From: an uncultured Candidatus Binatia bacterium
Lineage (GTDB): Bacteria > Desulfobacterota > Binatia > UBA9968 > JAJDTQ01
Reading direction: 5' to 3'
DNA length: 64,000 nt
Assembly (NCBI GenBank): GCA_965213675.1
Contig: OZ243916.1
Coordinates: forward strand, 3,072,001 to 3,136,000
Shown: in pieces, positions 53,974 through 64,000 of the stretch
Numbering within the stretch: the stretch's first letter is position 1
How the letters are laid out: each line of letters opens with the position of its first letter
The notes under the pieces: generated by a model
Seen by the model: only the letters and a program-made list of their open reading frames with translations
Told to the model about the DNA's origin: nothing
Database searches by the model: none
Translations under genes and position numbers: made by a program

Positions 53974-56739
53974 TCAAGAAATCCCGGAAACGATCTCCCG
54001 GGCCAGACGCAGCGCCTCATCGGTCTTCTGCGGCTGCTTTCCCCCGGCCTGGGCGAAGTCCGCGCGGCCGCCGCCGCCCCCGCCCACGGCGGGCGCCACC
54101 TGCTTGATGATGTTCCCCGCGTGATAACGTTCGTCGAGTCCGCCGCCGGCTCCCGCCGCCAGCATCACGTTGTTTTCGCCGGGACACGCGAGGAAGACGA
54201 AGGCGTCCGGCATCTGCTGCCGGAGCTGGTCCACCGTCTCCCGAAGCTGCCTGGCGTCCATCCCGTCGACCTTCTCGACGATGAAGCTTGCGCCGGCCGC
54301 GTTCTTGCGCGCCTTGCCGAGGAGTTCCGGCACCCGATTGCGGCCGAGTTGGTCCTTGAGTTCCGCCACCTGACGTTCCAACTCCTTCTGCCGCTCCAGC
54401 AGGCGCCGCACCTTCTCCACGGCGTTCTCGTTGGTGCTGCGCAGCAGGCCGGTGACCTCGGCCAGCACCGAGTCACAGGCGCGCATGACGTCGAACGCGG
54501 TGGCGCCGGTGACGGCCTCGATGCGCCGCACGCCGGCAGACACGCCACCTTCGGCGGTCAGCCGGAACAGTCCGATGTCGCCGGCCTGATGGATGTGGGT
54601 GCCGCCGCACAGCTCGGTGGAGAAGTCGCCGATGCGCACCACCCGCACGCGGTCGCCGTACTTGTCGCCGAAGAACGCCATGGCGCCGGCGCGGATGGCA
54701 TCGTCGTAGGCCATCTCCTCGGTGGTGACCCCGCCGTTCTCGCGCACGCGCTGGTTCACCTCGCGTTCGATGCGCTCAAGAACTTCCGGATCCACCGGGC
54801 CGTTGCAGGTAAAGTCGAAACGCAGCCGGCCGGGCGCCACCAGCGAGCCGGCCTGACGCACGTTCACGCCGAGTTGCTCGCGCAGCACCGCGTGCAGGAC
54901 ATGGGTGGCCGAGTGGTTGAGCATGGCGCGCTGGCGCCGCTCGCCGTCCACCGAGAGTTCCACCTCGTCGCCGGCTGCCACGCGGCCGCTGACGACCTTG
55001 CCCCGGTGCACCGACACGTCCGGCGACGGGTGCCACGTGTCCCGCACTTCGACGGTGTCGCCGCGAGCCGTGCGAATGGCGCCCCGGTCGCCCACCTGGC
55101 CGCCGGACTCGGCGTAGAAGGGCGTCTCCGCGACGATGATGTCCACATCGTCGCCCTCTTGAGCCTCGTCCACCTGTGTCGGGCCGCGATGGATCGCTGT
55201 CACACGCGACTCGTGCTTCACGCGGTCGTAGCCAATGAAACGGCTGGCGGGGAACAGCTTGAAGTCCGCCGAGTCGGAAATGCCCACGGTGTCGGAAGCG
55301 CGGGCCGCGCGCGCCCGCGTCCGTTGCTCTTCCATGAGCCGCTCGAAGCCCTTGTGGTCGACGGTGATGCCCTCGGTCCGGAGGATGTCCTCGGTGAGGT
55401 CCAGGGGAAATCCGTAGGTGTCGTACAAGCGAAACGCCACGTCTCCCGGAAGGACGGTGGCTTCCAGCGATGGGGTGTTCGCCACGTTCCCGGAAGGGCG
55501 CGTCTCCGTTTGTCCCTTCGCGCGAGCCTCCGTCGAGTCGGATGCGCCGAGGTCTTCGGATACGCGGGTCTCCGGGCGTCGCCGGCGCAGTTTCGCCAGC
55601 GATTCCTCCAGATGCACGAGTCCCTTGTCCAGGGTCTCGGCGAACCGGCCCTCCTCGGCCTGGATGGTCCCGATGATGCGATCCGCCTCGGTGTGCAACT
55701 CCGGGTAGGCTCCTCCAAGGACGCCGGCCACCGGCTCCACCAGGTGGAACAGGAACGGCTCCTCGAAACCCAGGAGGCGTCCGTGGCGGGCGGCGCGCCG
55801 GAGCAGCCGGCGCAGCACATAGCCGCGGCCGTCGTTGCTGGGAAGTACGCCGTCGGCGATGAGCGAGCTGACCGCGCGGGCGTGGTCGGCGATGACGCGA
55901 AAGGATACGTCCCCCTCGGTGCTGGCGCCGTAGGCCTTGCCCGCCAGTTCCTCGGTGGCGGTGATGATGTCGCGGAACAGGTCCACGTCGTAGTTGGAGA
56001 AGACCCCCTGGAGCACCGCGGTGATGCGCTCGAGCCCCATGCCGGTGTCCACGTGCGTGGCGGGCAGGTCGTGCAGGTCGCCCGCGGTGTCGCGGTTGTA
56101 CTGGATGAACACCAGGTTCCACAGCTCGATGTAGCGGGCGCAGCCGGCGTTGACGGCGCACAGGTGGCCGGGGTCGCCCTTGTGGTCACAAGCCTCGGCG
56201 CCCCGGTCGAGGTGGATCTCGCTGCACGGACCGCACGGGCCGGTATCGCCCATCTCCCAGAAGTTGTCCTGTTCGTCGAAGCGCTGCACCCGCTCCGCCG
56301 GCAGGCCGCTGATGCGGCGCCACAGCGCTTCCGCCTCGTCGTCGTTGCGGTACACCGTGGCGTAGAGCCGGTCCTTGGGCAAGCTCCACTCGCGAGTGAG
56401 CAGATCCCAGGCCCACTCGATGGACTCCTCCTTGTAGTAGTCGCCGAAGGACCAGTTGCCCAGCATCTCGAAGAACGTGTGGTGGTAGGTGTCGCGCCCC
56501 ACCGATTCCAGGTCGTTGTGCTTGCCGCTGATGCGCAGGCACTTCTGGGCGCTGGCGGCGCGCTTGAACGCGGGTTGCTCAAGCCCCAGGAAGATGTTCT
56601 TGAACTGGACCATCCCCGCGTTGGTGAACAGCAGGGTGGGGTCCTGTTGCGGTACCAGGGACGAGCTCTGTACCGCGGTGTGAGCCTTGTCCTTGAAGAA
56701 GTCGAGGAAGCTGTCGCGAATCGTTTTGCCGGACGTCAT
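53974..56739 (-). CDS. alaS: Alanyl-tRNA synthetase
   Basis: [51 protein letters not shown] motifs. Confidence 0.98.
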   Translation of the reverse strand: MTSGKTIRDSFLDFFKDKAHTAVQSSSLVPQQDPTLLFTNAGMVQFKNIFLGLEQPAFKRAASAQKCLRISGKHNDLESVGRDTYHHTFFEMLGNWSFGDYYKEESIEWAWDLLTREWSLPKDRLYATVYRNDDEAEALWRRISGLPAERVQRFDEQDNFWEMGDTGPCGPCSEIHLDRGAEACDHKGDPGHLCAVNAGCARYIELWNLVFIQYNRDTAGDLHDLPATHVDTGMGLERITAVLQGVFSNYDVDLFRDIITATEELAGKAYGASTEGDVSFRVIADHARAVSSLIADGVLPSNDGRGYVLRRLLRRAARHGRLLGFEEPFLFHLVEPVAGVLGGAYPELHTEADRIIGTIQAEEGRFAETLDKGLVHLEESLAKLRRRRPETRVSEDLGASDSTEARAKGQTETRPSGNVANTPSLEATVLPGDVAFRLYDTYGFPLDLTEDILRTEGITVDHKGFERLMEEQRTRARAARASDTVGISDSADFKLFPASRFIGYDRVKHESRVTAIHRGPTQVDEAQEGDDVDIIVAETPFYAESGGQVGDRGAIRTARGDTVEVRDTWHPSPDVSVHRGKVVSGRVAAGDEVELSVDGERRQRAMLNHSATHVLHAVLREQLGVNVRQAGSLVAPGRLRFDFTCNGPVDPEVLERIEREVNQRVRENGGVTTEEMAYDDAIRAGAMAFFGDKYGDRVRVVRIGDFSTELCGGTHIHQAGDIGLFRLTAEGGVSAGVRRIEAVTGATAFDVMRACDSVLAEVTGLLRSTNENAVEKVRRLLERQKELERQVAELKDQLGRNRVPELLGKARKNAAGASFIVEKVDGMDARQLRETVDQLRQQMPDAFVFLACPGENNVMLAAGAGGGLDERYHAGNIIKQVAPAVGGGGGGRADFAQAGGKQPQKTDEALRLAREIVSGIS

Positions 56740-56823
56740 GAAGCCCCTTGATAACATCCCCGCGCGCGCGGAGGCAATGTCGGGCGGCGGCTTGTGGACA
56801 GGCCGCGGACGCCCGCCGCCCGG

Positions 56824-57849
<1,026 letters not shown>

Positions 57850-57997
57850 GGATCTCCTCAAAGGGAATCTTGAAACCGGGCCGCACGGTGGAACAGACCG
57901 AACTGCCGCCGCCCCGATGCGCCAGCGCGCAAGGTCCGTACATGGCCTTCTTCGGCCGGTGGAGAGATTTCTCCAGCCGCCACGCTCATGAAGCTCG

Positions 57998-60766
57998 TCA
58001 TGAAGACTGCGGCGCGGGCTCCGTGGCGCTCTGGTGTCCGTTGTCCAGCCGCTCGAAGAAGAGCCGCCGGGTTCCCTTGAAGATTTCCAGCAACAAGGGG
58101 TCGAGCTGGCGGTCCACGGGGATGTTGACGCTCAACGGATCCACGTACCGGTCGCCTTGCCACATCTCGAAATGCAGGTGTGGACCGGTGCACAGTCCGG
58201 AACAGCCCACGTATCCGATGGTCTGACTCTTTCGCACGGACACGCCGCGTCGGATGCCGGGTCCGTAACGCCTCAAGTGCGCGTAACGCGTCTTCACGGC
58301 GCCGCCGTGGCTGATCTCCACAAGCCGTCCGTAGCCGCCCTTCCAGCCCCTGTAGGTGATACGGCCGTCCGCGGCGGCGCGGATGGGAGTGCCCGTTCGA
58401 GCGGCGAAATCCACGCCGTAGTGCGGCCGCCGTACCTTGAGCACGGGGTGAAAGCGGCTCCGTGAGAAACGCGAACTGATGCGCTTGAACTCCACTGGAT
58501 AACGTAGAAAGGAGCGCGACACCGAGCGCCCGTCGGCATCGTAGTAATTCCCCTCGCCATCCGCGTCCTCGAAATAGACGGCTGAATGTTTGCGTCCCGA
58601 GCTGACCACCTCCGCGGCAAGCAACTGGATTTGATCGGATTCGGGATGCCCCGGGCGATACTTTCTGCGGTAGAGTACGCGGTAACTGTCGCCCGGCTGA
58701 AGATCTCTCTGGAAGTTGATGTCCCACCCCAGAATGTCCACCATCCGGGAGATGACGGTCATGTCCGCGCCGGCCTTCTTGGCGTGTTGGTAGAGCGATC
58801 CGCCGTGGATCACCCCGCTGATCGCCCGTACCTCCTGCTGGAAAGGAACGGCGTCCTTGTAGAACAGGACGTTCTTTTCATCGCGGTACCAGGTCAGGCG
58901 CAAGTCGGAGCGAAGCGCGATCTGGAGGGCTTGGAGTTGTCCGACCCCGGCCCCGTTGCCGTTGGAGGTGTGATCCCCGTTTCCATTGGCCGTGCGGGCG
59001 CCGTTGTCGGGCATCTTGAAGTAGAGGTAGACGCGGTTGCCGGCGCGCAGCCGTCGCACGACTCGGTGCTCGCGGAGGCTGGCGAGCCACAGCCGGCGTT
59101 CCTGCTTGTCGTCTTCATAGCGCCGGAGCACGCCCCACAGGTGCTCGCCCTTCCTCAGCTTGTGTGTCACCCGCTCCGTGCCTTCCAGCGAAGGCACAGG
59201 CAGGTTGTCGTTGGATTTCTCGTTGGACGGCGGAATGTATTCCAGCAAGCGGTTCCGCTGCTTGATCCGGGCCAGAGCGTATTCCGACAGGAAGGCGTCC
59301 TTGCCTGGATGCGGCGGGGCTCCGTTGGCGACCGCACCGGCCTCTGGCGAGCTCCGTTGCCCTGGCCCGGTCAAGCGTTCCTTGCTGAAGTGGATTGCGT
59401 TCCCGACCCGTTTCCAACTCAGATTGCGCCCCTTCTTCACTTCCAACTCGATGGCTCGAAGTACAGCGCCCGGGTGTTCCGTGGAAGCCGCGTCAAAATA
59501 CAGGTGCAGTTGTTGACCCGGTTTGAGGCGGGTGACGGGATACTGCCGGTCGATGGCCTCGAACCACCGTTCGGCTACCTTGCCGGAAATCCCCAGGGGT
59601 CTGAAAAGCCTCCCGAGGGTCTGGCCCGCCCGGATGGTGCGGGTCACCTTGTCCGGAGGCTCGAACGTACGGATGGGCGGGGACGCTTCGGAAGCGGGCT
59701 TGGGCGCTCCGGAAGCGGCCGGCCGGATCGCCGCCGGTGGATCGGGTGTGGCGGCGGACTTGGGCGCCGGCGTGGGCTTGTCCTGCGGAACCGGGTGATT
59801 CTTGCCGCGGTAGACGATTCGCCCCTCGGTCCATTGCCATGTCAGCAGGTGGCCGTCTCGCGATTCGATCTGCACGGCCCCCAAGGTCCGTACGCCGCCG
59901 TCGCTGGAGTTGACGAAATGAAGAACGATCTTGCGGCCCGGATACAACTGTCTCAGCGGGTACCGTTTGCCGATGGCGTCGATCCAAGGCTGCTGCGCGT
60001 TGGAGGAAACGCCGTGGCGCCGCAGCACAACGCTGAGAACCTCGCCCCTGCGCAGCACATGGGTCACCGTATTCACGGCGCGCCCTTCGGGCGTGGATGC
60101 GGCGGCGGCCGGCGGAGCCGTGGCTGGCTTGGCCACTGGCTTGGACGCGGCCGCGGGTCCGTCGCCTTCGGTGGGCTTTGCGGGCGGCGTGGGTGACTCG
60201 GGCGCGGCTACCATCGGCACGGGTGTCTTCTCCCGATGGTAGACGAATTCGCCGCCCTGGACCTGCCACGACACGCGTCCCAGACCGGCTCGTTCAATGC
60301 GCAGGGCGGTCAGTTTCCCGAGTTGCAACGACCCCCACGAGGACGTGAAGTAGAAGTGGACCATGTCCCCTTCCATCAGAACGTTGCGTACGCCCAGTTC
60401 CTTGGCCACCGCGAAATGCCAGCGATAGCGCGCGTCCGTGGGTACGCCGAGATCGGTCAACAGCTTGGGCAGAGTATCGCTCGCGCCGGCGAGCTTGGTG
60501 ATGCGTTGTTCGCGGAGGGTGGTCGCCTCCGGACCCGTTTTGTTCTGGGCGAGTTCAAGCGCGTTGCCGGCCTGTGCCGCGAGGCCCACGGCCAGCGTGA
60601 CGGCTGCGAAGGCGGTGGCGTACCGGCGCCACCGCCCGATGCGGGAATTGCCCGGGGACGGAGGAGGCGCAACGGCGGTGGGAACTGAATCGATCAAAGG
60701 AGAGTCACTTTGCCTGAAAAACCGTGCCTCGCAGTTTACCTTACCGCGCCAGGAAATCGAAACCAT
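57998..60766 (-). CDS. M23-family murein endopeptidase with an extended repeated N-terminal region
   Basis: C-terminal HYGVD, YAHL, GPHLHFE motifs; N-terminal membrane anchor and about four OapA-like repeats; start codon uncertain. Confidence 0.88.
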   Translation of the reverse strand: MVSISWRGKVNCEARFFRQSDSPLIDSVPTAVAPPPSPGNSRIGRWRRYATAFAAVTLAVGLAAQAGNALELAQNKTGPEATTLREQRITKLAGASDTLPKLLTDLGVPTDARYRWHFAVAKELGVRNVLMEGDMVHFYFTSSWGSLQLGKLTALRIERAGLGRVSWQVQGGEFVYHREKTPVPMVAAPESPTPPAKPTEGDGPAAASKPVAKPATAPPAAAASTPEGRAVNTVTHVLRRGEVLSVVLRRHGVSSNAQQPWIDAIGKRYPLRQLYPGRKIVLHFVNSSDGGVRTLGAVQIESRDGHLLTWQWTEGRIVYRGKNHPVPQDKPTPAPKSAATPDPPAAIRPAASGAPKPASEASPPIRTFEPPDKVTRTIRAGQTLGRLFRPLGISGKVAERWFEAIDRQYPVTRLKPGQQLHLYFDAASTEHPGAVLRAIELEVKKGRNLSWKRVGNAIHFSKERLTGPGQRSSPEAGAVANGAPPHPGKDAFLSEYALARIKQRNRLLEYIPPSNEKSNDNLPVPSLEGTERVTHKLRKGEHLWGVLRRYEDDKQERRLWLASLREHRVVRRLRAGNRVYLYFKMPDNGARTANGNGDHTSNGNGAGVGQLQALQIALRSDLRLTWYRDEKNVLFYKDAVPFQQEVRAISGVIHGGSLYQHAKKAGADMTVISRMVDILGWDINFQRDLQPGDSYRVLYRRKYRPGHPESDQIQLLAAEVVSSGRKHSAVYFEDADGEGNYYDADGRSVSRSFLRYPVEFKRISSRFSRSRFHPVLKVRRPHYGVDFAARTGTPIRAAADGRITYRGWKGGYGRLVEISHGGAVKTRYAHLRRYGPGIRRGVSVRKSQTIGYVGCSGLCTGPHLHFEMWQGDRYVDPLSVNIPVDRQLDPLLLEIFKGTRRLFFERLDNGHQSATEPAPQSS

Positions 60767-60817
60767 GCAACCGGGCTGTTACGGCAAACGCGCGAACGGC
60801 TTGCCGCAGCGCCGGTT

Positions 60818-61993
60818 CTACGGCCCGGATTCCTGTTCCGGACCACGGGTCGCCCTCCGGTAACCCAAGGCGTCCTGGGCAATGATCAGCTTGTGGATGT
60901 TCGAGGAACCCTCCACGATCTGGTACGACTTGGCGTCGCGCAGGTAGCGCTCCACCGGAAACTCCGTCGAATATCCGTAGGCGCCCAGGATCTTGAATGC
61001 GCCGTCGGCGGCGTGCGCGGCGGCCTCCGCCGCGGCGTATTTCGCCATGGAGACTTCCAGGTTGTTGGGCCGCCCGCGATCCGCCAGGTGGGCTGCCCGG
61101 TACACCAGCAGGCGCGCCGCCTCTTCCTCCACGATCATCTGCGCGAGGCTGTCCTGGATCATCTGAAAGCGGCCGATGGGCTGGCCGAACTGCTGGCGCT
61201 GATTGGCATAGGCAAGCGCGGCCTCGCGCGCCGCGCGCGCCACTCCGAGGGCTCCGGCGGCGCAACTCAGGCGCGTCTGGTTGAGCTGCCACATGCACAT
61301 GGCGAAGCCCTGGCCCTCGGCTCCGATGCGCTGATCGGCCGGCACCCGCACGTCGTCGAATTCCAGCGTACCGGTGGGCGAGGCCAGCGCCCCCAACTTG
61401 TCCAGGGTGGCGCGCCGGACCCCGGCGCTGTCCAGTTCCACCATGAAGGCGGAAAGGCCGCGGTGTCGCGCATCCCGATCCGTGGTCGCATAGACCAGCC
61501 CCCAGTCGGCAATGGGTGCGTTGGAGATCCACGTCTTGGTGCCGCGGAGCACGTAGCCGCCGCCCGCGCGCCGGGCGCGGGTGGACATGGAGGCCACGTC
61601 CGAGCCGGAATCGGGCTCGGTGATGGCGAAACAGCCCACTCGCGATCCGTCCACCAGACCCGGGACCCAGCGGCGTTGCTGTTCGCCGGTGCCGAACCGG
61701 GCCAGCGTCACCGCGGGGGCGAGCTGGGTGTTGATATGCACGCGCGCCGAACTGTGCACCCGCGCGATCTCTTCGGTGAGCAGCGCCATGGCCAGATAGC
61801 CCAGGCCGGAGCCGCCGCAGCTCTCGGGAACCACGCAGCCGAAAAACCCCAACTGGCCCATCTTGTCGAAGATGTCCCGGCGAAAGCGGTGATCGCGGTC
61901 GTCCGCGGCCACCGTGGGCGCGATTTCCCTTTCGGCGAATTCGCGCGCCAACTCTCTGACCGCCAGCAGTTCCTCCGAAAGATCGAAATCCAT
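60818..61993 (-). CDS. Acyl-CoA dehydrogenase
   Basis: CFAITEPDSGSD, KTWISNA, RQQFG, ILGAYGY, IVEGSSNI motifs. Confidence 0.95.
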   Translation of the reverse strand: MDFDLSEELLAVRELAREFAEREIAPTVAADDRDHRFRRDIFDKMGQLGFFGCVVPESCGGSGLGYLAMALLTEEIARVHSSARVHINTQLAPAVTLARFGTGEQQRRWVPGLVDGSRVGCFAITEPDSGSDVASMSTRARRAGGGYVLRGTKTWISNAPIADWGLVYATTDRDARHRGLSAFMVELDSAGVRRATLDKLGALASPTGTLEFDDVRVPADQRIGAEGQGFAMCMWQLNQTRLSCAAGALGVARAAREAALAYANQRQQFGQPIGRFQMIQDSLAQMIVEEEAARLLVYRAAHLADRGRPNNLEVSMAKYAAAEAAAHAADGAFKILGAYGYSTEFPVERYLRDAKSYQIVEGSSNIHKLIIAQDALGYRRATRGPEQESGP

Positions 61994-62027
61994 GGCAACT
62001 CCACGGGGCGACCCCGTGACCCCTCCA

Positions 62028-63173
62028 TTATGCCCTCCCAAGCACTTCCCGCGCAATGACAAGCCGCTGGATCTCCGACGTTCCTTCGTAGATGCGCAGG
62101 GCCCGGATGTCGCGGTACAGCCGTTCCATGATGTGGCCCTCCACCAAGCCGCGGCCGCCGTGAATCTGCAGGGATTCGTCCACGATGCGCTGGGCGGCTT
62201 CGGTGGCGAAAAGTTTGGCCATGGAGGAGAGCCGCGCCAGGTCGGCGGCGCCCTGGTCATGGGCATGCGCCGCCTGGTAGACCAGCAGGCGCGCGGCCTC
62301 GAGTTCGGTGGCCATGTCCGCGATCTTGAATTGAATGGCCTGGAAGCGCGCCAGCGGCCGCCCGAACTGGCGCCGCTCGTGGGCGTGGCGCAGGGCCTCC
62401 GCCAGCGCTCGGCCGGCCATGCCGCAGGCGGCGGCGCCGACGCTGCAGCGAAGCGCCTCCAGCGTCGTCAGGGCGATCTCCAGGCCCTTGCCGGGTTCGC
62501 CGAGGAGTTGGTTCACGGGGATGCGGCAGCGGGCGAAGGACACGGTGCCGATGGGGTGCGGCGAGATCAGGGTGAGACGCTCCGTGACCGCCACTCCCGC
62601 GGTGTCGGCCTCCACCACGAACGCGCTGAGGCCCTTGCTCCCGCGCGCCGGATGGGTTTTGCCGAAGACGATGTAGAGTTGGGCCAGGCCAGCGTTGGAG
62701 ATGAGGCTCTTGACGCCGTCGAGCACGTAGTACCCGCCGCGCCGGCGCGCCCGAAGGCTGGCGGCGGCCGCGTCCGAGCCCGCGTCCGGCTCGGTGAGCG
62801 CAAAAGCGCCGGCAGCCGAGCCCGCCGCCAGCCGCGGCAGCCAGGCTTCCCGCTGCGCCGGGGTCCCGGCCGCCGCCAACGGATAGGCCGCCAGGGCCTG
62901 CACCGCGAACAGGGTGTCCGCCAGCGGGGACGCGCCCGCCAACGCCTCGCGGATCATGCACAGGTCGCGCGCCTGAACGCTGCGGCGCGCGCCCCCGAAC
63001 TCGCGCGGTGCCACATGGCGGAATACCCCGCGGCGGGCAAGTTTCCGGAACGCCGCCACTGCGGCCTCATCGCCAGCGCGCCCATCGATGCCGTCCAGTT
63101 CCGCCTGCGCCCACGTGGTCCATGCGCGGCGCAGTCGAAGCTGCGGGTCAGACAACCCCCTTGGCGAGCCCAT
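62028..63173 (-). CDS. Acyl-CoA dehydrogenase
   Basis: AFALTEPDAGSD, RRQFG, QIHGGRG, RIYEGTSEIQ motifs; start codon uncertain. Confidence 0.93.
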   Translation of the reverse strand: MGSPRGLSDPQLRLRRAWTTWAQAELDGIDGRAGDEAAVAAFRKLARRGVFRHVAPREFGGARRSVQARDLCMIREALAGASPLADTLFAVQALAAYPLAAAGTPAQREAWLPRLAAGSAAGAFALTEPDAGSDAAAASLRARRRGGYYVLDGVKSLISNAGLAQLYIVFGKTHPARGSKGLSAFVVEADTAGVAVTERLTLISPHPIGTVSFARCRIPVNQLLGEPGKGLEIALTTLEALRCSVGAAACGMAGRALAEALRHAHERRQFGRPLARFQAIQFKIADMATELEAARLLVYQAAHAHDQGAADLARLSSMAKLFATEAAQRIVDESLQIHGGRGLVEGHIMERLYRDIRALRIYEGTSEIQRLVIAREVLGRA

Positions 63174-63364
63174 CACCGGCGTCCCGTCCGGGCAATTCGC
63201 ATGACAATTCGGATGACGATTCGCATCACAAGTTGCGGAGGAGCGTCGCCGGCAAGGCGTTCCTGGATTTCCGTCTCCCAGGGGGTTCGTCCGTGCGGTC
63301 GGGAAATCACCGCAACGCATGGACGCCGCAGGGCGCGGATACCGCAAGGCATGGAAAGGGCCCG

Positions 63365-63393
63365 TGTAGGGGCGACCGGCTGTCGTCCCTACA
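63365..63393. repeat. GTAG-type REP palindrome
   Basis: tGTAGgggcgac-cggct-gtcgtccCTACa; overlaps the stop codon of the enoyl-CoA hydratase. Confidence 0.65.
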
Positions 63394-64000
63394 CCGACGG
63401 ATCCCCCGTATCTTCGTCTTCCTGGTTGAATCGCGGTTTCTCACGCGCCATGAACGCGCGGAATCCCTCGTGAAAGTCGGCCGTTTGCATGCAATGGGCC
63501 TGGGTCATGGCCTCCATCTCCAGGGCCGCGTCCAGGCTCAGGCCCGCTTCCAGCTCCAGCAGTTTCTTGGTCACCCCGATGGCGTAGCGTGGCCCCTCCC
63601 GCAATCTTTGGGCCAGGCGCTGCGCCTCGGACATCAGGTCGTCATGCGGCACGACTTTGTTGGCCAGTCCGATGCGGCAGGCTTCCGCGGCGTCCACGCG
63701 GTCGCCCAGGGACAGGAGTTCCATGGCGCGCCCCATGCCGACGATGCGCGGCAGCAGGTGAATGGCGCCCATGTCCGATCCGGCGAGGCCCACCTTGACG
63801 AACAGGAACGCCAGGCTGGCCCGGTCCGACAGGATCCGGAAGTCGCTCGCCAGGGCAAGGGCCGCTCCGGCCCCGGCGGCCACGCCGTTGACCGCGGCGA
63901 TGATGGGCTTCTCAAGCCGGCGCATGTTGCGCACCACGTCACAGGTCAGGCGGGTGAAGCGGTATAGTCCGGCGCCGTCCAGCTTGAGCAGTTCGCCGAT
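63389..64000 (-). CDS. Enoyl-CoA hydratase/isomerase family protein (5'-partial)
   Basis: KPIIAAVNGVAAGAG, LASDFRI, FVKVGL, IGLANKVV, DFHEGFRAF..EKP.F motifs. Confidence 0.93.
   Translation of the reverse strand: MGELLKLDGAGLYRFTRLTCDVVRNMRRLEKPIIAAVNGVAAGAGAALALASDFRILSDRASLAFLFVKVGLAGSDMGAIHLLPRIVGMGRAMELLSLGDRVDAAEACRIGLANKVVPHDDLMSEAQRLAQRLREGPRYAIGVTKKLLELEAGLSLDAALEMEAMTQAHCMQTADFHEGFRAFMAREKPRFNQEDEDTGDPSV

Noticed and set aside
57885-57905. GAAC-N5-GAAC upstream of recA as a LexA box
   Set aside because: Spacing does not fit GAAC-N7-GAAC or GAAC-N4-GTTC, and no matching site was seen before uvrA

Overview
High-GC bacterial chromosome window. The gene content (split complex I cluster, tmk-holB-metG-tatD, recA-alaS-phoH-ybeY-prfB, orphan solute-binding-fold proteins, secreted ankyrin and SET-domain proteins) resembles a Deltaproteobacteria-like/Ca. 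Binatia organism that may be host-associated; this assignment is inference only. The backbone is mostly housekeeping: proS (partial), pyrF, ribB fused to an apparently inactive RibA-like domain, nuoA-C-D-H-I-J-K-L-M-N (no nuoB/E/F/G), groES/EL, aroE, tatD, metG, holB, tmk, an Mrp/DUF971/DUF59 Fe-S module, a double-length uvrA, prfB with its +1 frameshift, ybeY, phoH, alaS, recA, an M23 peptidase and acyl-CoA degradation genes. One decayed accessory island (~3.3-8.5 kb) carries higBA, an ssb stub, a frameshifted tyrosine recombinase, a secreted ankyrin-repeat protein and an unusual fusion of a Swt1-like HEPN domain to a COG3680-type C-terminal domain, which is the best candidate here for an undescribed defence effector. 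The intergenic DNA holds many non-autonomous elements: a ~160-bp TGT...ACA MITE-like family at CTAG/CCAG sites with many solo ends (two of which bracket a TonB-dependent receptor gene), 57- and 64-bp mini-elements with 4-bp target duplications (one inserted in a REP loop), three REP families, and a candidate multi-branched ncRNA at 50706-50840. No tRNA, rRNA or CRISPR array was seen. All family assignments come from motif recognition by eye, not from database searches.
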